Virus record (IMG/VR): IMGVR_UViG_3300042691_048250
Origin: an uncultured virus (IMG/VR IMGVR_UViG_3300042691_048250)
Taxonomy: Duplodnaviria > Heunggongvirae > Uroviricota > Caudoviricetes
DNA: 64,000 nucleotides
Direction: 5' to 3' (one strand)
The position numbers and the translations under genes are program-made. Below are positions 57,754 to 64,000 of this stretch, piece after piece. The number at the start of each line of letters is the position of its first letter. The first letter of the stretch is position 1. Under the pieces are notes generated by a model, which saw only the letters and a program-made list of their open reading frames with translations, made no database searches and was not told where the DNA came from.

Positions 57754-58574
57754 TGCAGAATCTCCTGGGTTTGGTCGAGGATGCGCAATGCTGTGCCATC
57801 TTCAAGTTCGCTGTTATGGAACTGTCCATAGGACAGATGGCACAGCCATTGGTGTATCAAGTCGCTGTCAGCACGCCAAGGACTTTCGATCACTGTGAGA
57901 TCAGTGTTGCTCACAGGCAAGGCCGCGTGGCATGGAGCCAGCACAAATGCTGGTATGCCTGCCATGATGGCTTCTACGGCGGCATTCGAATTGAATGTGA
58001 CCACGGCCCATATGTCTTGTGTCAGCAAGTTGGCAAAACTGGTTTCCGGATCACGGGTACGTTGATCAGGACTTGCGGTCCTTTGTCGTATTAGGATATC
58101 TCGATCGGTGTGCTTTTTCAATTTGGTTACCACGTTATGGACCCATTTTTGTTGGTCCAGACCATAAAATACACAGGGTTTATCATCGGGTGCCACGACC
58201 ACTATGCGCCGACCTTGCCGGGTCCACGGTGACAATGACAAGCCCAATCTGCGCCAGCGGTCGTCGGGCCTTGGCACGATATTGCCATGTTGTAGATCAT
58301 TTTGGACGATCCTATGCCAGACTTTCCACCCACGCGGATTGTTAATGTTGGGTCTGCATCCAAGATAACCGGTGTCCATGAATCTAAAATCACGCCCATC
58401 TTGCCAGCATTGTTTGATTATCTTGTGTTTCATGATGCCTCGCAGTACCAGGCCTTGATCGGGCGAGTCTTCATAGCGCCAGGATTCTATAGGTGTGACA
58501 GATGCCCCTGCACCTTTGGCCATGCGACCAATATATTCATCGGTGCCATTTTTACTTAGATAGATCCAGGACAT
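57750..58574 (-). CDS. KpsS/KpsC-like protein
   Basis: MDTGY, VVTFNSNAAVEAIMAGIP; minus-strand TAAATA at 58603-58608. Confidence 0.7.
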   Translation of the reverse strand: MSWIYLSKNGTDEYIGRMAKGAGASVTPIESWRYEDSPDQGLVLRGIMKHKIIKQCWQDGRDFRFMDTGYLGCRPNINNPRGWKVWHRIVQNDLQHGNIVPRPDDRWRRLGLSLSPWTRQGRRIVVVAPDDKPCVFYGLDQQKWVHNVVTKLKKHTDRDILIRQRTASPDQRTRDPETSFANLLTQDIWAVVTFNSNAAVEAIMAGIPAFVLAPCHAALPVSNTDLTVIESPWRADSDLIHQWLCHLSYGQFHNSELEDGTALRILDQTQEILQ

Positions 58575-58608
58575 GTTTAAGGCAGGTAATTAAGTGTGGA
58601 GATATTTA

Positions 58609-59454
58609 GTGATCAAAACCGCAGCCATCTTTCCTTCGCAATCAGCACACAATGCCCAACCAGTTCTTGAGGCCTTGTCAAAATCCATGTCTGCACAGGG
58701 ATGGAAGGTGCAAGAAAATAACCTGCAGGCCGACGTAGCCGTGATCTGGAGTGTATTATGGGCCGGCAGGATGAAAAACAACCAAAATGTCTATCGCGCC
58801 TTCCATGACACTGGTAGGCCGGTAATAGTGGTAGACATTGGCACCTTGCGCCGAGGAATCACATGGAAAGTAGCCTTGGACAATATAAATGGATCTGGGT
58901 GGTTTGGACACCAACAAGATCTTGATCCAGATCGTCCTCGCAAACTTGGACTGGCCCTGCAAGGTCCATGCCCGGGAAATGACATTTTGATCGCTTCACA
59001 ACACAGTGCCAGTTTGCAAGCCGAGGCTGTGCCAGACATGACTGCATGGGTATTGTCACAGATTGCGCTGTGCCGACAGCACACCGATCGCCGCATCATC
59101 GTACGCCCACATCCCCGCGATCGCATACGCACCGATAGATTACCACGCGATGTCACAGTGCAAACCCCTCAAAAAGTCACTGGTTCCTATGACGACTTTG
59201 GGTGGCCACAGGAATTCCATGCCGTGATAAATCACAACAGTGGTCCTGGGGTGTTGGCTGCCTTATGTGGCAGTGCTCCCGTGGTTGATAGATCAAGCCT
59301 GGCTTGGCCAGTATCGGTAAGTATGCAAGACATCGACAGATCTTACAATCGTGATAGATCACAGTGGTTGATAGAGATAGCACACACGGAATACACTATT
59401 GATGAAATTGAGCAAGGTTTATGGTTAAAAAGGCTCGGATCCAGGCTGAAATGA
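58609..59454 (+). CDS. KpsS/KpsC-like protein
   Basis: GTG start after GGAG; VRPHP, INHNSGPGVLAALCG. Confidence 0.7.
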   Translation: MIKTAAIFPSQSAHNAQPVLEALSKSMSAQGWKVQENNLQADVAVIWSVLWAGRMKNNQNVYRAFHDTGRPVIVVDIGTLRRGITWKVALDNINGSGWFGHQQDLDPDRPRKLGLALQGPCPGNDILIASQHSASLQAEAVPDMTAWVLSQIALCRQHTDRRIIVRPHPRDRIRTDRLPRDVTVQTPQKVTGSYDDFGWPQEFHAVINHNSGPGVLAALCGSAPVVDRSSLAWPVSVSMQDIDRSYNRDRSQWLIEIAHTEYTIDEIEQGLWLKRLGSRLK

Positions 59455-60167
59455 CCGCACCAGTTGACTGCGCCTGCGTGATACATGGAAATGCCTATGA
59501 TTGGATTTACGTAGACAAACTGAGATCTATGTTGGTCCGCAACTTCAGCCGACCTGTGAATTTGCATGTGTGGACCGAAGCCCATCGGTCAGTGCCAGCA
59601 CCTTTTATCAAACACGATCTGTACGAATGGCCTGGCATATCTGGTCCCAGGAAAAGTTGGTGGTACAAGATACAGATGTTCAACAGCAATTATTTCCAGG
59701 GCCGATTGATATATTTTGATCTTGACACTATCATAGTGCGCAACATAGACTGGTTGATCAATCTCGATGCTGATTATCTGTGGGCACCACGAGATTTCCG
59801 GCACCATTGGAAAGGACAGTGGTCTGGAATCAATTCCAGCATCATGGTTTGGAACACCACAAAGTTTGATTGGATATGGAGAAATTTCAATCAAAATAAC
59901 ATTACCAGCACGGTAAAGAGATTTCCTGGAGATCAGGACTATCTGACCAATGTGTTGGACAACACCAATCGACGATACATGGATGCCGACATGGTGAAAA
60001 GTTGGCGTTGGCAGATCAAGGATGGCGGCATGAACTTCAAGACTCGCCAATACAAACGGCCCGACGCAGGTAGTATCTTGGATCCTTTGACCAGCATAAT
60101 AATTTTCCACGGTCAACCCAAACCACACGAAATCCACGAGCCTTTTATACAACAGCACTGGGGTTGA
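59451..60167 (+). CDS. GT8-like glycosyltransferase
   Basis: WWYK..MF, YFDLD, NSS.M, GDQDY, FHGQPKP. Confidence 0.85.
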   Translation: MTAPVDCACVIHGNAYDWIYVDKLRSMLVRNFSRPVNLHVWTEAHRSVPAPFIKHDLYEWPGISGPRKSWWYKIQMFNSNYFQGRLIYFDLDTIIVRNIDWLINLDADYLWAPRDFRHHWKGQWSGINSSIMVWNTTKFDWIWRNFNQNNITSTVKRFPGDQDYLTNVLDNTNRRYMDADMVKSWRWQIKDGGMNFKTRQYKRPDAGSILDPLTSIIIFHGQPKPHEIHEPFIQQHWG

Positions 60168-60297
60168 CCAGAAATGGTATTTTCTATAATATAGCACATG
60201 CTTAAACAACCACAAAAAACGACCTGTTGCAAAAAAACAACACCAAAAACAGCCCAAAAATACCGTGGTTGACCAGAAATACCCGTTTTGCTATACT
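60162..60297 (+). promoter_or_regulatory. Tandem sigma70-type promoters sharing GGTTGACCAGAAAT
   Basis: TTGACC 60164-N17-TAATAT and TTGACC 60269-N17-TATACT; palindrome TGTTG-N8-CAACA between them. Confidence 0.8.
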
Positions 60298-60329
60298 AAT
60301 AGAATAATAACGCTATAGGAGCATAGACA

Positions 60330-61346
60330 ATGACACAAGTTCTCATCCGCAACGGTGAATATCGTAAACAAGACGTATCAGGCCTGCGCTTCACGCTGTT
60401 GCGTGACTTCCAGACAGACGCCAAAGGTGGCAATGTAGTGGTAGCCAACGAAGGTATCTTTCCGGGCATGCCGGATCAGATCCGCATTCGCGTAGACTCA
60501 ATTGAAGACATAGAAATCACAGGAGCCCGTCCAGTGTCCAAACAACCCCAGGTAGTAGAATTCATCAAGCCCGAAGAAACCGACGAGCAGGTCATGGACC
60601 GTATTGAAAAACGTTTCTCCATACTTGATGACATGACCAAGGCTGCCATCGCTGGTGACATCCGTGCCATGATCGTTGTAGGCCCTCCAGGAGTGGGCAA
60701 ATCTTACGGCGTTGAGTACCAGTTGGAAAAGGCTGGTATGTTCGACCAGATCTCTGGCAAGAAGATCAAGTACCAAGTGATCAAGGGTGCCATGACGCCG
60801 ATTGGTCTTTATTGCACACTTTACAAAAACAGCGACCCAAGAAACGTCTTGGTGTTTGACGACTGTGACTCGATCTTGTTGGACGATGTGGCCCTGAACA
60901 TCCTCAAGGCCGCCCTGGACTCAGGCAAGAAACGTCGCATCCACTGGAACGCTGACTCGTCGATGTTGCGTCGTGAAGGTGTGCCCGATCAGTTCGACTT
61001 CAAGGGTTCGGTTATCTTTATTACCAACTTGAAGTTTGATCACCTCAAGAGCAAGAAATTGCAGGATCACTTAGAGGCGCTCCAGAGCCGTTGTCACTTC
61101 CTGGATCTCACCCTGGACACCACCCGCGACAAGATACTCCGCATCCGCCAGATCTTCCGCAAGGGTGATCTGTTCCAGGACTATGATTTCACACCTGAGC
61201 AGGGTGAAGAGATCGTACAGTTCATGCAAGACAATCATGCCAAACTGAGAGAGATCAGCCTGCGCATGGCACTGAAATTGGCTGATCTTACCAAGATCGG
61301 TAGTAACTGGCAAGCCCTGGCCGAATCAACTTGTATGAAGCACTAA
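60330..61346 (+). CDS. AAA+ family ATPase
   Basis: GPPGVGKS Walker A, LVFDDCD Walker B, IFITN sensor 1, ALQSR Arg finger. Confidence 0.9.
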   Translation: MTQVLIRNGEYRKQDVSGLRFTLLRDFQTDAKGGNVVVANEGIFPGMPDQIRIRVDSIEDIEITGARPVSKQPQVVEFIKPEETDEQVMDRIEKRFSILDDMTKAAIAGDIRAMIVVGPPGVGKSYGVEYQLEKAGMFDQISGKKIKYQVIKGAMTPIGLYCTLYKNSDPRNVLVFDDCDSILLDDVALNILKAALDSGKKRRIHWNADSSMLRREGVPDQFDFKGSVIFITNLKFDHLKSKKLQDHLEALQSRCHFLDLTLDTTRDKILRIRQIFRKGDLFQDYDFTPEQGEEIVQFMQDNHAKLREISLRMALKLADLTKIGSNWQALAESTCMKH

Positions 61347-61356
61347 GAGCAGTAAC

Positions 61357-61393
61357 CGGATCGCTGATCAAAGTCTAGCTCCTAAGCGATCCG
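61357..61393 (+). ncRNA. Candidate 3'-UTR structured RNA with anti-SD loop
   Basis: 9-bp stem cggatcgct/agcgatccg; 61373-61388 is complementary to 60311-60328. Confidence 0.5.
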
Positions 61394-61399
61394 TTTAAC

Positions 61400-61431
61400 A
61401 CAGGTGCCCGTAAAACGGCACCTGTTTTTTT
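61400..61431 (+). terminator. Rho-independent terminator
   Basis: acaggtgcc-cgtaaaac-ggcacctgt then T-run. Confidence 0.85.
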
Positions 61432-61466
61432 GACTTCATGGTTAAGGCGTGTTATGCTTATAAATA
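61430..61466 (+). promoter_or_regulatory. Adjacent sigma70 and late promoters
   Basis: TTGACT-N17-TATGCT immediately followed by TATAAATA (61459-61466). Confidence 0.7.
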
Positions 61467-61482
61467 TCTATTACTTCTCAAT

Positions 61483-62610
61483 ATGCCATTCTGTTTTGCT
61501 CCTTGGTCGAATCTCGACATCAGCCCACAAGGCACTATCAGTCCTTGCTGTAAATTCCGTCACGGACATTATCCAGATAAATCGCTGAACATCAACGAGC
61601 AAGGCATATTGGCCTATGAACAAAGCCGTACCTTGGCCAGGATACGGGAAGATTTCCAACAAGACCGTTGGCCCCAAGGATGCGAGCGTTGTAAAATAGA
61701 AGAAGAAAACGGCGTAGCAAGCAAGCGTCAATTGGATTATGATCGTTGGCGCGAGCACTATGAAAAATACAACAAAGACCAACATGGCTATCTCACTGCC
61801 AGCGTGGCATTCGGCAATACATGTAATTTGACGTGCATCACTTGTAATCCAGTGTCCAGCAGTCGATGGCAACGAGAATATCATGCTCTACATGGGCAAG
61901 ACATAGTGCCAAATCATTTTTATAAGCAAGGTTTTGTTGATGAGTTCATCGATCATGCACCGGCGATCATACACTTGGACATCCCCGGTGGCGAACCTTT
62001 GTTGTCGGGGGTGCCACAACAGAAAGAATTATTACAAAAATTCATAGATCAAGGTCGATCTCATGAGATATGCCTACATTATACTACCAACGCTACTATC
62101 TGGCCAGATCAAGATTGGTGGAATCTCTGGCAGCACTTTCAAGAAATTGATATGCAATTGAGCATAGATGGCATAGATAAACATTTTGAATACATCAGAT
62201 ACCCGGCCGACTGGAATCAAGTATCAATCAATATTCAACGATATCTATCAGAGCAGACATCAAGATCAAATCTCCGCCTCAGTGTAAGCCACACTGTCAG
62301 CGCATACAATATAGCATACATTCCAGAATTTTTATCCTGGTGTCACACCATGACCTTGCCACGTCCTTGGTTAGGTCGTGTGCATGATCCTCAGTACCTA
62401 CGCCCTAGCGTGTGGCCAGACAATGCCAAAAAATATATTATTGATAAATTACAAAGCAGTGATCAAGATGCCCAAATCTGGGCTAATCTAATCATCAATA
62501 CCGATGATAGCAAACACTTTGATCAATTCCGCGATAGATTGGCTTGGCATGATCGTTATCGAAAAACCAATTTTGCCCAAACTTTTCCTGAAATGGCAGC
62601 GTTTTTATGA
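61483..62610 (+). CDS. Radical SAM protein with N-terminal twitch/SPASM-like domain
   Basis: FCFAPW...PCC...CERC; CNLTCITC; GGEP; TTNAT; SIDG...YIRYP..W. Confidence 0.92.
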   Translation: MPFCFAPWSNLDISPQGTISPCCKFRHGHYPDKSLNINEQGILAYEQSRTLARIREDFQQDRWPQGCERCKIEEENGVASKRQLDYDRWREHYEKYNKDQHGYLTASVAFGNTCNLTCITCNPVSSSRWQREYHALHGQDIVPNHFYKQGFVDEFIDHAPAIIHLDIPGGEPLLSGVPQQKELLQKFIDQGRSHEICLHYTTNATIWPDQDWWNLWQHFQEIDMQLSIDGIDKHFEYIRYPADWNQVSINIQRYLSEQTSRSNLRLSVSHTVSAYNIAYIPEFLSWCHTMTLPRPWLGRVHDPQYLRPSVWPDNAKKYIIDKLQSSDQDAQIWANLIINTDDSKHFDQFRDRLAWHDRYRKTNFAQTFPEMAAFL

Positions 62611-64000
62611 GACAAGCTCGTTTGATTATACGTGACGAAGTCAACGTCAAGATCGAAGGTCTGGAACTGGACGCCAGACGGGCATTGGTAAACAAATTCA
62701 AATACGATGTACCTTACGCAAGATATCTGCCCGCAGTAAGATTGGGCCGCTGGGATGGCAAGGTTAGTTTCTTCCAACTGGGTGGATCCACTTACGTGAA
62801 TCTATTACCCGAAATCATTCCTGTGTTAGAAGAATATAACTATGACATAGATCTTGATGATCAACGTGAATACCGTACCACGTTTGAGTTTACTCCGGTA
62901 CAGGAAAATACCTTTGCCAACTATACCTGGCCCAAGGGCCATCCCCAGGCTGGCGAACCCGTGACCATGCGAGACTATCAAGTGGAAATTATCAACGAAT
63001 TCCTGGCCAATCCACAATGTATCCAAGAAGTAGCCACAGGGGCTGGAAAGACCGTGATGACCGCGGCACTAAGTCATGCCGTGACCCCGTATGGTCGTAG
63101 CATTGTCATTGTGCCCAACAAGAGCCTGGTCACACAGACCGAAAAAGATTACGTCAATCTTGGCCTGGATACCGGAGTGTTCTTTGGTGACAGGAAAGAA
63201 TTTGGTCGCCAGCACACTATCTGCACATGGCAGAGCCTCAATGTGTTGCTAAAGAATACCAAGAATCAATCAGCGGATATCACAATAAATGAATTCCTGG
63301 AAGATGTGGTATGCGTGATAGTGGACGAAGTACACATGGCCAAGGCCGATGCACTGAAAACCCTGCTCACAGGCGTGATGTCACAAGTGCCGATCCGCTG
63401 GGGTCTCACCGGGACCGTGCCAAAAGAGCAGTTTGAGTTTCAAGCCATACACGTAAGCCTGGGCCCTGTAGTATCAAGATTAGCCGCGGCAGAATTGCAG
63501 GATCGCGGTGTGCTGGCCCAGTGCCATGTGAACATTGTACAGTTGGTAGATCACGTGGAATATTCAAACTATCAGAGCGAACTTAAATACTTGTTGGAGG
63601 AATCCGGCAGGCTGGATACCATGGCCAATCTCATAGCCGAAGTCAACAAGACCGGCAATACCTTGGTCTTGGTAGATCGTATCACAGCCGGTCAGGAGTT
63701 GGTCGCGAGATTAGACAACGCAGTATTCATTTCCGGTGCAACCAAGGCCGGAGAAAGGCAAGATCATTATGACGAAGTGGCGGAGGCGACAGACAAGATC
63801 ATTGTCGCTACTTACGGTGTGGCTGCCGTTGGTATTAACATTCCCCGTATTTTTAATCTGGTGCTTGTTGAGCCTGGTAAAAGTTTTGTTAGAGTTATCC
63901 AGTCTATTGGTCGTGGGATCCGTAAAGCGGAGGATAAAGACTTCGTCCAAATATGGGATATTACGTCGACATGCCGCTTCGCGAAGAGGCATTTGACCAA
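62607..64000 (+). CDS. uvsW: SF2 DNA helicase (3' truncated; absent from the ORF track)
   Basis: ATG 62607 MRQARLII...GRWDGK; RDYQ, ATGAGKT, VDEVH, GLTGT, GINIP, QSIGR. Confidence 0.92.
   Translation, partial: MRQARLIIRDEVNVKIEGLELDARRALVNKFKYDVPYARYLPAVRLGRWDGKVSFFQLGGSTYVNLLPEIIPVLEEYNYDIDLDDQREYRTTFEFTPVQENTFANYTWPKGHPQAGEPVTMRDYQVEIINEFLANPQCIQEVATGAGKTVMTAALSHAVTPYGRSIVIVPNKSLVTQTEKDYVNLGLDTGVFFGDRKEFGRQHTICTWQSLNVLLKNTKNQSADITINEFLEDVVCVIVDEVHMAKADALKTLLTGVMSQVPIRWGLTGTVPKEQFEFQAIHVSLGPVVSRLAAAELQDRGVLAQCHVNIVQLVDHVEYSNYQSELKYLLEESGRLDTMANLIAEVNKTGNTLVLVDRITAGQELVARLDNAVFISGATKAGERQDHYDEVAEATDKIIVATYGVAAVGINIPRIFNLVLVEPGKSFVRVIQSIGRGIRKAEDKDFVQIWDITSTCRFAKRHLT

Noticed and set aside
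60198..60272. 24-codon ORF between the tandem promoters
   Set aside because: Encoded by A-tract/palindrome promoter DNA; no support as a protein, though it cannot be fully excluded
61347..61431. Possible tRNA in the intergenic region
   Set aside because: No cloverleaf or TTC-GA T-loop; better explained as a hairpin plus terminator. No tRNA was recognised anywhere in the window
1..64000. Stop-codon recoding, as seen in some large phages
   Set aside because: Core genes are intact in the standard code, and TAA, TGA and TAG all occur at credible gene ends

Overview
This 64 kb window comes from a large T4-like myovirus genome. It uses the standard genetic code and is very densely coding. In order it holds: the 3' end of the major capsid gene; a ~12 kb cluster of Gly/Asn/Thr-rich fibre genes bracketed by glycosyltransferase-like genes; neck/tail-completion genes (gp13/14/15), sheath, tube, head completion and terminase; a block of probable internal head proteins with T4-like capsid-targeting N-termini, interleaved with an Ntn hydrolase and a class I glutamine amidotransferase; the gp32/uvsX/uvsY/uvsW recombination genes, interrupted by three radical SAM paralogues; and an ~11 kb glycan synthesis/modification cluster. 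T4-type late promoters (TAAATA) and sigma70-type promoters are visible, and many sit directly on a start codon, implying leaderless mRNAs. The best candidates for undescribed biology are: (1) a late-expressed virion/fibre glycosylation system with ulosonic-acid-transferase-like enzymes; (2) a capsid-targeted three-paralogue 'GYPR' family co-encoded with two amidohydrolases; (3) a 3'-UTR hairpin that is antisense to its own gene's ribosome-binding site; (4) late-promoter-coupled RBS hairpins. All product calls come from recognising motifs by eye; no database search was run.
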